A model generated the notes under the pieces. The model worked only from the letters and a program-made list of their open reading frames with translations, made no database searches and had not been told where the DNA came from. A stretch of 44,459 nt of DNA, from positions 1 through 44,459 of IMG/VR virus record IMGVR_UViG_3300022895_000014. The stretch is one strand, 5' to 3'. The DNA comes from a virus. Lineage: Duplodnaviria > Caudoviricetes. Below are positions 8,652 through 18,018 of the stretch, one piece after another. Position 1 is the first letter of the stretch. Each line of letters starts with the position of its first letter. A program made the position numbers and the translations under genes.

Positions 8652-9469
8652 GCACACTCGAAAGACTTTACAAAAACAAAGCTGAAAGCGGCAAAAACAT
8701 CTTCACCCGTAAAACGTTTTTGGTGGGCGTTGACGAGCTTTACATCGAGCCGGGCTACAACGTCCGCGACATTGATCCGACTCACGTCGAAGAATTCCGC
8801 GATGCGTTCATTGCTGGTGAGCATGTCCCGCCACTTACCGTTCAGGTGACAGATCAGGGCGTGAAGGTTATCGACGGCCATCACCGCTGGCATGGTGCAA
8901 AGCTTGCGCAGGAAGCAGGCCATGAAATCCGCCTGGAGTGCAAAGACTTCGTAGGCAACGAAGCCGATCGCATCGCCTTTATGGTTAAGAGCAGTCAGGG
9001 CCGCGCACTGGAGCCGCTAGAACGCGCTGCAGCTTATCAGCGCCTGAAAAATCAGGGCTGGGAACCGGCAGAAATCGCGAAGAAGGTTAAGCGCTCGGTG
9101 GCAGACGTCGATCACCATCTGGCCCTACTGAGCGTAGGTGATGGCTTAATCGAAATGGTTAAGACCGGAGAGGTAGCAGCGACAACTGCAGTAGCTATGG
9201 TTCGCGAGCATGGCGCTAAGGCTGAAACCGTTGCCAAAACGCAGCTGGCAAAAGCGAAGGCAGAAGGTAAGAAGAAACTCACCCGCGCCGCTGCAATGCC
9301 GCAGTTCAGCGCCGCCACCGCACGTAAGTTGGTGGATTTGATGACCGAGGCAGAGCACACAACCGATCAGCAAGGTGAAAATGCTCTGTGGCTTCCGTCT
9401 GACACCATCATTGAGGTGATGAACATCGTTGCAGCTTATCGTCAGCACCAGAAAGGGGAGAATGCTTAA
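8648..9469 (+). CDS. ParB/Srx-domain DNA-binding protein
   Basis: NVR, VIDGHHR motif, following HTH; GGAG RBS before ATG 8648. Confidence 0.8.
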   Translation: MSTLERLYKNKAESGKNIFTRKTFLVGVDELYIEPGYNVRDIDPTHVEEFRDAFIAGEHVPPLTVQVTDQGVKVIDGHHRWHGAKLAQEAGHEIRLECKDFVGNEADRIAFMVKSSQGRALEPLERAAAYQRLKNQGWEPAEIAKKVKRSVADVDHHLALLSVGDGLIEMVKTGEVAATTAVAMVREHGAKAETVAKTQLAKAKAEGKKKLTRAAAMPQFSAATARKLVDLMTEAEHTTDQQGENALWLPSDTIIEVMNIVAAYRQHQKGENA

Positions 9470-10509
9470 TGTCATATCAACTCCATACCGGTGCGTGTGA
9501 ATCAATTCTGCGTTCAATGCCTGACAACTCAGTAGATTCGATAGTGACTGATCCTCCCTACGGTCTGAACTTCATGGGCAATAAATGGGATTACCAAGTA
9601 CCGACAGTTGAACAATGGGCAGAATGTTTGCGTGTTTTAAAGCCTGGCGGACATCTGATTGCTTTCAGCGGCTCCCGAACTTATCACCGCTTAGTCATTA
9701 ACGTGGAGGATGCCGGGTTTGAAATTCGCGACCAGATCATGTGGATTTACGGCAGCGGTTTCCCTAAGTCAAAAAACCTGTCTGGAGAGCACGAAGGTAA
9801 AGGCACAGCCCTGAAACCTGCTCATGAGCCAATTGTGCTGGCGAGGAAGCCTCTTTCAGGCACCGTCGAAAATAACGTCAATGCATTTGGTACCGGTGCG
9901 CTAAACATCGATTCATGCCGTGTTCCCCTTGCAGAACAATTGGGCAGGTGGCCTGCAAACCTCATTCATGACGGCAGTGAAATCGTTTTAGATGCCTTCC
10001 CTGACGCTAAAGGGCAGCAAGGTGATTTGAAAACCACAGGTAAAGACAGGCCATCAGGCGTCTGCTTTGGAAACATGAGTGCGCCTCGAGAACACTCAGC
10101 AAGAATTGAAGAGAGCAAGTCGGCTGCAAGATTTTTCTACTGTGCAAAAGTAAGCAAAACCGAGCGAGATGAAGGTCTGGAGAGATTTCTGCCAGTTACT
10201 GCCAGTGAAATGACCAATGGTCGAAAAGAGGGTAGCGCTGGACTTAACGATCCCCGGGCTGGAGCAGGTAGGACTGGCGGAGCCAGGAACAACCACGCCA
10301 CAGTTAAGCCAGTTTCCCTGATGCGATACCTGTGCAAGTTGGTAACACCTGCTGGTGGGATAATCATCGACCCATTTATGGGCAGTGGTAGCACAGGCAA
10401 AGCAGCTTTACTCGAGGGATACAGATTTATTGGGATTGAAATGGACCCTGATTTTGTAACCATTGCAGCTGCAAGAATTGCGCATTCCTACAGGCAGGTG
10501 AGCTTATGA
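9469..10509 (+). CDS. Orphan N6A/N4C DNA methyltransferase (beta class)
   Basis: TDPPY before DPFMGSGSTG; HATVKP. Confidence 0.93.
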   Translation: MSYQLHTGACESILRSMPDNSVDSIVTDPPYGLNFMGNKWDYQVPTVEQWAECLRVLKPGGHLIAFSGSRTYHRLVINVEDAGFEIRDQIMWIYGSGFPKSKNLSGEHEGKGTALKPAHEPIVLARKPLSGTVENNVNAFGTGALNIDSCRVPLAEQLGRWPANLIHDGSEIVLDAFPDAKGQQGDLKTTGKDRPSGVCFGNMSAPREHSARIEESKSAARFFYCAKVSKTERDEGLERFLPVTASEMTNGRKEGSAGLNDPRAGAGRTGGARNNHATVKPVSLMRYLCKLVTPAGGIIIDPFMGSGSTGKAALLEGYRFIGIEMDPDFVTIAAARIAHSYRQVSL

Positions 10510-10871
10510 AATTAACCCTGCCATTTCCTCCAAGCGTAAACACTTACTGGAGAAACACCCGCAAGGGTGTATTGATCAGCGCCTCCGGGCGCTGTTTCCG
10601 ATCCAATGCGATTGCAGCGGTTTACCAGCAGCTAAAACGCAGGCCTCAGCCGATTACAGTGAACGTTGCAGTTACGGTAATGCTGTACCCACCAGACAAG
10701 CGCCTACGTGATTTGGACAACTACCTGAAAGCCGCATTCGATAGCCTGACACATGCTGGCGTGTGGATGGATGATAAGCAGATTAAGCGCTTGATAGTTG
10801 AATGGGGCCCAGTGACTAAGGGCGGTAAGTCCGAGGTTACGATCAGCGAATATCAGGCGGTGGCGGCATGA
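10506..10871 (+). CDS. rusA: Holliday junction resolvase RusA
   Basis: PFPPSVNTYW, RDLDNYLKAAFDSL, DDKQI. Confidence 0.93.
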   Translation: MKLTLPFPPSVNTYWRNTRKGVLISASGRCFRSNAIAAVYQQLKRRPQPITVNVAVTVMLYPPDKRLRDLDNYLKAAFDSLTHAGVWMDDKQIKRLIVEWGPVTKGGKSEVTISEYQAVAA

Positions 10872-11872
10872 GGGCGATACTTACTCCTGACGTAGCTGTA
10901 AATACCGGGATTGTTCTGCTTAAGCCGGGGCGCGACTTGATACCAATGTTCCGTGAGCGTGTTTTAGTCTGCACAATGCCGCGTGACATGTCACACCTAC
11001 CATCGGGTTTAATCAACGACAGTAGCCAGCCATTACTGGATGAGCCAACGCTTAAAGCGTTTTTCGGTGATAGCAGGGTGATCGACGCGGCTGGTGGACT
11101 GGAAGTTCATGATGCGTGGGTTCAAAAAATTGGTGTATGCCAGTATCAGGAAAAAGATTCTTATCACCATCAGCATTACACTACCTTGCGGACCGAATCA
11201 GGGTCTCTTTGTCTTTGCTATTCCTGTGATAATTACTGTCGTTCAAATGGCTTGCCTGGTATCCTGGAAACAGTCGCTGCGGGTAATCTGGCGCGCTGGA
11301 TAATTGAGTCAGCATGCACTCAGATGGGGTTAGGACCTGATCATCAAATGACGCTGCCAGAGCTGTGCTGGTGGGCATGCCTGAAGGATATTATCGGCCT
11401 GATTCCAGAGTCACACGCTCGACGCGTTCTGCGCATGCCCAAGCCACTTGCCGATACAGGACCAATGCCTGAAGCGGACATAACTCCATCGCGATCCGCG
11501 CAGGAAATGGTTCAGGAAGCCGCAGAGGCGGTGAAGCAGGTTCTTACAATCCACATCGACCCGGAGTCGCCGCAGACGTTCATGGCGCGCCCAAAGCGCT
11601 TGCGCTGGAGCAATGAAAAATACACGCGGTGGGTAAAAGCGCAGCTATGCGCCTGTTGCCACAAGCCAGCAGACGACCCGCACCACATAATCGGACATGG
11701 GCAAGGAGGAATGGGGACTAAGGCGCATGATTTGTTTGTGATACCGCTTTGCAGGGCGCATCACAATGAACTGCACCGGGACATGAGGGCATTCGAAGAA
11801 AAATACGGCAGTCAGTTAGAGCTGCTGTTCAGGTTCCTCGATCACTCGATTGCAGTCGGCGTGATCGGATAA
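10868..11872 (+). CDS. DUF968 (YdfU-like) protein with C-terminal HNH-like Zn motif
   Basis: CACC...DDPHHIIGHG...PLCRAHH. Confidence 0.85.
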   Translation: MRAILTPDVAVNTGIVLLKPGRDLIPMFRERVLVCTMPRDMSHLPSGLINDSSQPLLDEPTLKAFFGDSRVIDAAGGLEVHDAWVQKIGVCQYQEKDSYHHQHYTTLRTESGSLCLCYSCDNYCRSNGLPGILETVAAGNLARWIIESACTQMGLGPDHQMTLPELCWWACLKDIIGLIPESHARRVLRMPKPLADTGPMPEADITPSRSAQEMVQEAAEAVKQVLTIHIDPESPQTFMARPKRLRWSNEKYTRWVKAQLCACCHKPADDPHHIIGHGQGGMGTKAHDLFVIPLCRAHHNELHRDMRAFEEKYGSQLELLFRFLDHSIAVGVIG

Positions 11873-11890
11873 ATTTAAAAGCGTGGAGAA

Positions 11891-12259
11891 ATGTATATGC
11901 GTGACATGTCACAGGTATTAGAGCGTTGGGCTGGTTGGGCGCGTTCGGAACATAGCGGTGTAGACTACTCACCTATAGCAGCTGGTTTTAGAGGTCTATT
12001 GCCCCACACATCAAATCAATCTCAATGTTGCAGCGATGATGACGGCCTTGTAATTGAATCGTGCTTAGCTAAGTTGCGTGCCAAAAGGCCTTCAGAACAC
12101 AAAATTTTAGTAGCCTATTATTTTTTTAAAATATCCAAACGGAAAATAGCAATCAAAGAAAATTGTGATGAGAAGACAATAAGGGTTCAAATGCAACTGG
12201 CAGAAGGTTTTATTGATGGCTGTCTTTCAATGCTTGAAGTTAAATTAGATATGGAGTAA
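11891..12259 (+). CDS. Q: Late antiterminator Q
   Basis: MRDMSQVLERWAGW, CSDDDGL, AEGFIDGCL. Confidence 0.9.
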   Translation: MYMRDMSQVLERWAGWARSEHSGVDYSPIAAGFRGLLPHTSNQSQCCSDDDGLVIESCLAKLRAKRPSEHKILVAYYFFKISKRKIAIKENCDEKTIRVQMQLAEGFIDGCLSMLEVKLDME

Positions 12260-12311
12260 ATATCCTGCTCCAAGCAGTGAGTTAACAGCTAAGGTTCTTT
12301 GCGGCTCACTG

Positions 12312-13076
12312 CTAGCAAATCATATCTATCAAATGGTCGTTTATAGCAATGATTATGTTTTTTAATCGTGGCTGAAGTCTTTTTTTGTTATAATAAAAAT
12401 CCATTATTATTCTTGATTCTTTTTCCTTAGAGAAAGATAGTGGCTTAATAAAGTGAATCCCTCGCATACAATCAAGTAAAGCCTCCAGTTCTATATGGAA
12501 GTTATTGTTTTCTAACGTGAAATCTCTTTCTCTGTAGATTATATCCTGAAAAAATATATTCACTTGCAGGTTTTCAATGTCGTAATCACCTTCAAAAACT
12601 TTAGTTCCAAGACTCTCCCTAACGTAAAGTTGAGAATAAAGGCAATGCGCCAGGTTTTCGGAGAAGCGATGGAGGTTTTTTTCGTTGATATGCCAATAAT
12701 CATCATAACCCTCAAAGATTTCTGCGCAATCAGAGGTTTTTTCTAAAAGAGACCAGCAAAAAATAAAGCTGTTTTGGCTGCGCAAAGTTATTTGTGCTTC
12801 GTATTCTTTTAAGTCCACACTATCGATTTTGAAATTTTTTAATGCAAGTCTCTTAGTGTTTCCAAACGCGAAGTTACCGTAAACATTGTTTATTGCATTA
12901 AATTTCTCAATTTCGATAGTTATATCTTTCAAATTTATATTCAAAGTGAATGTGCCTTCATAGACATCCTTTATCTCTTTAATTGGAGTGTTTCTATATT
13001 CCTCAATGGTGCCAATTTTTAAATTATTTGTTTTTTTAGGGTTGAACTCTTTACTGCAACTTTTAACATAATACAT
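12312..13076 (-). CDS. AT-rich moron, hypothetical; DUF2971/ADP-ribosyltransferase-like motifs
   Basis: 254-aa ORF opposite to the operon, clearly AT-rich; FIFCWS and IKP..FSKEKESR. Confidence 0.7.
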   Translation of the reverse strand: MYYVKSCSKEFNPKKTNNLKIGTIEEYRNTPIKEIKDVYEGTFTLNINLKDITIEIEKFNAINNVYGNFAFGNTKRLALKNFKIDSVDLKEYEAQITLRSQNSFIFCWSLLEKTSDCAEIFEGYDDYWHINEKNLHRFSENLAHCLYSQLYVRESLGTKVFEGDYDIENLQVNIFFQDIIYRERDFTLENNNFHIELEALLDCMRGIHFIKPLSFSKEKESRIIMDFYYNKKRLQPRLKNIIIAINDHLIDMIC

Positions 13077-13104
13077 TTTTTCCTCTCTGGGGATTAAGTT
13101 TGAA

Positions 13105-13175
13105 ATTTTTATTGTGCGGTCCGCATTTTATCATGTAATGTGGTAAGAGTCGTTACTACGCAGTACCACTTATCA
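13105..13175 (+). promoter_or_regulatory. Probable late promoter pR'/qut region
   Basis: GTGCGGTCCGCA...TAATGTGGTAAGAGT pattern normally found just after this Q family; position before lysis genes. Confidence 0.5.
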
Positions 13176-13335
13176 TCAATAATCATTTGCAAAATCGCGA
13201 GTGGTTTGAACTCCCGAAGCATTATCAGCTTTAGTGCGTTTTTTTCTTGACTGAAAAGTTCAGATTTTGTAAATAGCAAATCGCCTGATGTGTATCGTTC
13301 TTTAGTCCAATCATTCATCTCGCATATCAGGCCGA

Positions 13336-13364
13336 AAGCCCCGTCTTAACCGATGGGGCTTTTT
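13336..13364 (+). terminator. Terminator (tR'-like)
   Basis: AAGCCCCGTC-TTAACC-GATGGGGCTTTT. Confidence 0.75.
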
Positions 13365-13571
13365 GTTTTAAATAATTAACCCTGTGGCTGACGGGCCAGG
13401 TAACTATCGCAGAACGCGTCAGGGTTCATATTTTAGAGGGTCGCCAAAGCGCGACCTTCTCTCGTTTTTGCGCCCGCCAATCACTGTTATCCGAAATTTT
13501 TACGCCGTGGTGGTGCGCAATTTTTTATTTAAAGACCACAGACAGCACCGACCGTTATCACGGAGGTGATC

Positions 13572-13823
13572 ATGAGTATCAACCATATGAGCAAACTAGC
13601 ATCAGGAGCGGCATACGGTGCAGCTGGTTCAGCTGTGGCTAATGGCGTATTGACGCGACTGAGTCCAGATGAATGGAGTGCGGTCGGTGTTATCGCCGGT
13701 ATCGTGCTTGCGCTGATGACGTTTGCCATCAACGCGTATTTTAAGCGCAAAGTATCTCTGGCTCAGATAAGAGCCTTAGAGCAGCGCGGATACATTCCAA
13801 CCGATAAGCTTGGCGAGGAATAA
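13572..13823 (+). CDS. Class II holin (phage 21 S pinholin-like), possible dual start 13572/13587
   Basis: MSKLASGAAYG, two hydrophobic segments, basic C-terminus, precedes SAR endolysin. Confidence 0.85.
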   Translation: MSINHMSKLASGAAYGAAGSAVANGVLTRLSPDEWSAVGVIAGIVLALMTFAINAYFKRKVSLAQIRALEQRGYIPTDKLGEE

Positions 13824-13825
13824 CT

Positions 13826-14329
13826 ATGGCTATGTCAGCCAGTCTGCGTAACAAGTTGATTGCCGCAGCGGGCGGCGGGTCAATGATTATTGCTTCACTG
13901 TTTATTGGCGGGAAAGATGGGGTCGAGGGCCGCGTATATGAGCCCTATAAGGATGTAGCTGGGGTCTGGACCGTTTGTGATGGTCATACCGGTAACGATA
14001 TCATTAAAGGGAAGAAATATACCGATCGCGAATGCGACCGCCTGATGTGGAATGACCTTCAGCCGGTTAAACGTGTTGTTGATAGTCTGGTTAAAGTTCC
14101 TCTTGGCGAATATCAGCGCGCGTCACTGTATAGCTTCACATACAACGTAGGCACCTCCGCATTTTCAAAATCAACGTTGCTCAAAAGGCTTAATGCCGGC
14201 GATCAGGTTGGTGCATGTGAAGAGATGCGCCGCTGGGTTTATGCTGGTGGGATGAAGTGGAAGGGATTACAGAACCGCCGCGATATGGAGCGTTCTCTTT
14301 GCTTAGCAGGTGGACCGGGTGACATTTAG
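13826..14329 (+). CDS. SAR endolysin (GH24 lysozyme)
   Basis: Gly/Ala-rich N-terminal SAR segment; EG...[15 protein letters not shown]. Confidence 0.95.
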   Translation: MAMSASLRNKLIAAAGGGSMIIASLFIGGKDGVEGRVYEPYKDVAGVWTVCDGHTGNDIIKGKKYTDRECDRLMWNDLQPVKRVVDSLVKVPLGEYQRASLYSFTYNVGTSAFSKSTLLKRLNAGDQVGACEEMRRWVYAGGMKWKGLQNRRDMERSLCLAGGPGDI

Positions 14330-14789
14330 AGCGAAGGTATTAATCATCGCGATGGTTGTAATCGTTGCCGCAGGCTTGTTATCGGTCAGCCTAACGCTTT
14401 ATTACCGTGGCAACGCAATTGAATACAAATCTCAGCGAGACAACGCCAAAGAGGCGCTGAAACTTGCTGATGACACTATCAACGATATGAAAGTGCGCCA
14501 GCGTGACGTGGCTGCACTCGATGCGAAATACACGAAGGAATTAGCAGATGCTAAAGCAAAGCTTGATGCTCTTCAGCAGTGTGTTAGTTCTGGCAAGTGC
14601 GGGCTGCGCCTCAACGCAAAATGCCCAACGGTCAACACCACCGGCACCCCCAGCGTGGATGATGCAGCCAGCCCCCGACTTACTGACGCCGCTCAACGGG
14701 ATTATTTCACCCTCAGAGAGCGAATCGAAACAGCCGGAAAGCAAATAACCGGATTACAGCAGTACATCAAAGAGCAATGCTTGCGCTAA
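14310..14789 (+). CDS. Rz: i-spanin Rz
   Basis: N-terminal [30 protein letters not shown]. Confidence 0.92.
   Translation: MDRVTFRAKVLIIAMVVIVAAGLLSVSLTLYYRGNAIEYKSQRDNAKEALKLADDTINDMKVRQRDVAALDAKYTKELADAKAKLDALQQCVSSGKCGLRLNAKCPTVNTTGTPSVDDAASPRLTDAAQRDYFTLRERIETAGKQITGLQQYIKEQCLR
14548..14748 (+). CDS. Rz1: o-spanin Rz1 lipoprotein nested in Rz
   Basis: Lipobox [15 protein letters not shown]. Confidence 0.88.
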   Translation: MLKQSLMLFSSVLVLASAGCASTQNAQRSTPPAPPAWMMQPAPDLLTPLNGIISPSESESKQPESK

Positions 14790-14814
14790 ATTACCGTTTC
14801 GGTATTATTTAGAC

Positions 14815-15180
14815 GTTTACCCATGGAAAGTTCAAGGAGGTCATTTTGACCCAGTTTTTGGACTTCCCCGTAGGCAACCGCTGATCTAGACGTCAGGGTT
14901 CCTGAGCCAGGGGTAGAAGAAATCGAGAGGATAGTGCGAAGGGAGAATTACCAAGTTGGGCAACCAATTTGAGAGATTTATTCCCCGACGTCTGGGATGT
15001 CGGAGTCTCCCGCCTTGTCGGTCTAGCGATGGGGTCAATTCATGAAAAGCCAAGGGGCTCAGGAAACGCTGATAATTCTGGCTCCACCTTCCTGTGGCTG
15101 GTGGAACAACTGGAATTTGAAGAGAATCGCATTTAGCTTGGCCTGCCTTTCACCTAATTACCTCCCACGGGAGGTTTTTT
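14815..15180 (+). ncRNA. Candidate ~365-nt structured RNA
   Basis: No long ORF; promoter-like TTGCGC-16-TATTAT upstream, terminator at 15160-15180, several long-range complementarities. Confidence 0.4.
15160..15180 (+). terminator. Rho-independent terminator
   Basis: ACCTCCC-AC-GGGAGGT followed by T run. Confidence 0.8.
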
Positions 15181-15308
15181 ATGCTCAATCCGACAAGGGA
15201 TAAATCTGAGTCAAGCTGTGATACGTTGCGACACTGTGAGATAAAATCGCTTCACTCGGATTAATCAGAGGGTTAATGTTTAAACTCCAAAAACGCAAGG
15301 AGGTTTAA

Positions 15309-15503
15309 ATGTTAGAGAATTATTTTTTTGACAAACATGGATTGGACCAACAGCCTAAAGTGAAGCGTGAGAAGGCCGTAGCTGCTGTCCTTGAGATAAT
15401 CAAAGCTGGCTGCGTTGAAAATCCCACTCATGTATGTATTTCTGCTATTAAGAAAGATGTGTCAGATGCAGCGGATGCTATTCAAGACGCATTAGAAAAG
15501 TGA
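15309..15503 (+). CDS. Small hypothetical moron protein
   Basis: AAGGAGG RBS, own terminator near 15524-15546. Confidence 0.75.
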   Translation: MLENYFFDKHGLDQQPKVKREKAVAAVLEIIKAGCVENPTHVCISAIKKDVSDAADAIQDALEK

Positions 15504-15665
15504 AATAAATCGAATTTTATTTAAAGCCGCCTTAATGGTGGCTTTTATTTTGTGCTGAAAACTGCATTCACTGAGTTCATTTTTCAGCATAAACACAATT
15601 AATCATCGGTTGGCGTTATCGCCATTGCCGAGGGTTATATCTATCTGTCCAGCAGGAAATGCTAA

Positions 15666-17123
15666 ATGGAAGTAGTGATTAACGGTGTTTCATACGCACC
15701 AGTATCTGATCGCGCTTCAAGTATCGGCATAGCAATCAGCACCCATAACCGCCATGACGTTTTAGCCCGCGCTATTGAGCATCAGCTTAAATATCTCCCA
15801 GCCGGTGCGCTGGTGGTTGTAGTTGATGACGGGTCATCTGTACCGGTTGCTGTACCTGATGGTGTGAAGCTTATTCGTAGTGACATGTCACGCGGCATTG
15901 TTGCTTCAAAAAACGCCAGCCTTGAAGCTCTCATTGATGCTGGTTGTGAACATCTGTTCCTGTGGGATGATGACGCATGGCCGATTGCTGGTGGATGGGA
16001 AGGGCCATACATCGAATCACCTGAGCCGCATCTGGCTTATCAGTTTCAGGACTTCGCTACCGGCAAGAAGCTGAATGATATTGCGGTGCTCTATAGAGAC
16101 AGTAAGCATGTCGCTTACACCGGCCAGCGCGGCGTGATGTTGTATTACCACCGCAGCGCGATTGAAAAAGTTGGTGGCTTCGACTCCATTTATGAACGCG
16201 GCATGTATGAGCACTCCGATCTGGCGCTGCGCATTCACAACGCTGGGCTCACGAGCTGGGCGTTTGCCGATGTGGTCGGTTCGGAAAAGCTGATTTATTC
16301 GCTTGATGAGCATGAGGCGGTAGATCGCTCGGTTCCAAAACATGACCGCGAGGCGCAGGTTAAACGTAACGTCACTATTCACAACAAACGCCGCGATGAT
16401 GGTTACACCGGGTATGCGGAGTACCGCCAGAAGAAGAACGTTGTGATTACTACGTTTCTGACAAGCCAGCCTGACCCGCAGCGCGGTACCAAAATGACTG
16501 CATCACCTGAGTTGCTGGATAAGTGGGCATCGTCAGTTAAAGGCAACCATGCGGTTGTGCTGACCGACTCCATCAGTTCAGTGCGTGTTGGTGTAAGCAC
16601 CGTGGCCGTTCCTGATGTGAAGATGAACGTTTATTTCCGGCGCTGGCTGCATATCTGGCAACACCTTCGCGATCACCCTGAATATCACTTCGTTTGGTGC
16701 ACTGATGGCACAGACGTTGAGATGCTGCGTGAGCCGTGGACAGAGATGGAGCAGGGCAAGATTTACGTTGGCTCCGAACCAAAGACATACGCTGATGCGT
16801 GGGCTAAGCAGAACCACCCTGAAGCAATTTATCAGTCGTTCCTCGCTGATCATCAACATGATGTGATGCTCAACGCTGGTTTGCTCGGTGGCTCTCGCGC
16901 TGACGTAATGGCAATAGCTCACGGCATTGTCCGATTGTATTACCAGATTGAGTCACTGCGCTTCTGGCAGAAAGAGAAAACGGCTGCTGCCGTAGGTGAC
17001 ATGATTGCCTTTGGCATTGTCGCGCATCGATACGCTGACAGGCTGGTGACCGGCCCTCGCGTTCACACAGTCTTTAAGATGGATGGCATCGGTAAGGAGT
17101 TTGCCTGGTGGAAACACAAGTAA
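15666..17123 (+). CDS. Two-domain glycosyltransferase (GT2 N-terminal + second GT-A-like domain)
   Basis: IAISTHNR, VVVDDGS, FLWDDD, VGGFD...EHSD; second domain WCTDGTDV and LNAGLLGG. Confidence 0.88.
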   Translation: MEVVINGVSYAPVSDRASSIGIAISTHNRHDVLARAIEHQLKYLPAGALVVVVDDGSSVPVAVPDGVKLIRSDMSRGIVASKNASLEALIDAGCEHLFLWDDDAWPIAGGWEGPYIESPEPHLAYQFQDFATGKKLNDIAVLYRDSKHVAYTGQRGVMLYYHRSAIEKVGGFDSIYERGMYEHSDLALRIHNAGLTSWAFADVVGSEKLIYSLDEHEAVDRSVPKHDREAQVKRNVTIHNKRRDDGYTGYAEYRQKKNVVITTFLTSQPDPQRGTKMTASPELLDKWASSVKGNHAVVLTDSISSVRVGVSTVAVPDVKMNVYFRRWLHIWQHLRDHPEYHFVWCTDGTDVEMLREPWTEMEQGKIYVGSEPKTYADAWAKQNHPEAIYQSFLADHQHDVMLNAGLLGGSRADVMAIAHGIVRLYYQIESLRFWQKEKTAAAVGDMIAFGIVAHRYADRLVTGPRVHTVFKMDGIGKEFAWWKHK

Positions 17124-17710
17124 AGTTTGCCATCGTGGCACACGAGTCGCGCTTCGATATGGCGGTATCGCTTGCCGATAACCTACCTAATTACCAAATT
17201 TTTGTTGATCGCGAATCGAAGGGTGCAAACGCCAATCATCTGCGCGCATTACGCTGGGCATCCACGCAGGATTGCCGGATAGTGATTCTGGAAGATGATG
17301 CGCTGCCTGTGTCGGGCTTCACCGACAAAGTGACTGACTGGCTGGCGCGATTCCCTGATGAACTGGTTAGCTTCTATCTGGGTACCGGAAGGCCGCCGCA
17401 GTATCAGCTTGAGATAGCATCAAAGCTGATCGACGCCGACAAGCGGCAGATTGATTACATCACGATGAACCGGCTTATTCACGGCGTCTGTTACAGCGTG
17501 CCCGCCAGTAAGTTGGAGCGCGTGTTAAGTCGCTGGAATCATGGTTCACCTGCTGATTATGCAGTGGGTGATGCATGCGGTGGTGCTGTGGTGTACCCGT
17601 GTTATTCACTCGCTGACCATGCTGATGTATCAACGGTCGAGCGTCACCCCGATAACACACCAAGAACTGAGCGGCGCAAGGCGTGGCGGCTCAGCAATCA
17701 GGAGAGTTAA
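17108..17710 (+). CDS. Putative glycosyltransferase (GT25-like)
   Basis: NHLRAL...IVILEDDA, HGVCY, PADY, SLADH; TAAGGAG RBS; overlaps upstream GT. Confidence 0.7.
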   Translation: METQVKFAIVAHESRFDMAVSLADNLPNYQIFVDRESKGANANHLRALRWASTQDCRIVILEDDALPVSGFTDKVTDWLARFPDELVSFYLGTGRPPQYQLEIASKLIDADKRQIDYITMNRLIHGVCYSVPASKLERVLSRWNHGSPADYAVGDACGGAVVYPCYSLADHADVSTVERHPDNTPRTERRKAWRLSNQES

Positions 17711-18018
17711 TGGTAAGGCTAGCAACACTGAAGCCGCGCATTGCAGTAGACCGGACACAGCGAGTTCAGGCCGTAAAGGTAGCTGATACCCGCATCACTG
17801 GTTGGAAGCTGCAATCAAGGCGCAAACGTCTGTGGTCAGCAAATCCCTGCTGCGCTATGTGTGGCCGCCTGACCGAGTATCCGCACGGTTTCGAACTAGA
17901 TCATAAGGTGGCACTCCATCAGGGTGGTGCTGACACCGATGAGAACTGCCAAATCCTTTGCTGTGGTGATGAAGGCTGCCACCTCAAGAAAACGAAGGCC
18001 GACATGAAGGGTAAATGA
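17710..18018 (+). CDS. HNH endonuclease (terminase-associated, HK97 gp74-like)
   Basis: CAMC, ELDHKVALHQGG, N.Q.LC, CH..KT; TAATG coupling. Confidence 0.9.
   Translation: MVRLATLKPRIAVDRTQRVQAVKVADTRITGWKLQSRRKRLWSANPCCAMCGRLTEYPHGFELDHKVALHQGGADTDENCQILCCGDEGCHLKKTKADMKGK

Noticed and set aside
13109-13569. ORFs 13109..13318 (-) and 13384..13569 (+)
   Set aside because: They overlap the late promoter, terminator and hairpins, with no convincing RBS or motifs.
15666-17710. Gtr-type serotype conversion or T4-type DNA glucosylation
   Set aside because: No flippase or membrane transferase and no base-hydroxymethylase gene; late-operon coupling fits neither well. Not formally excluded.
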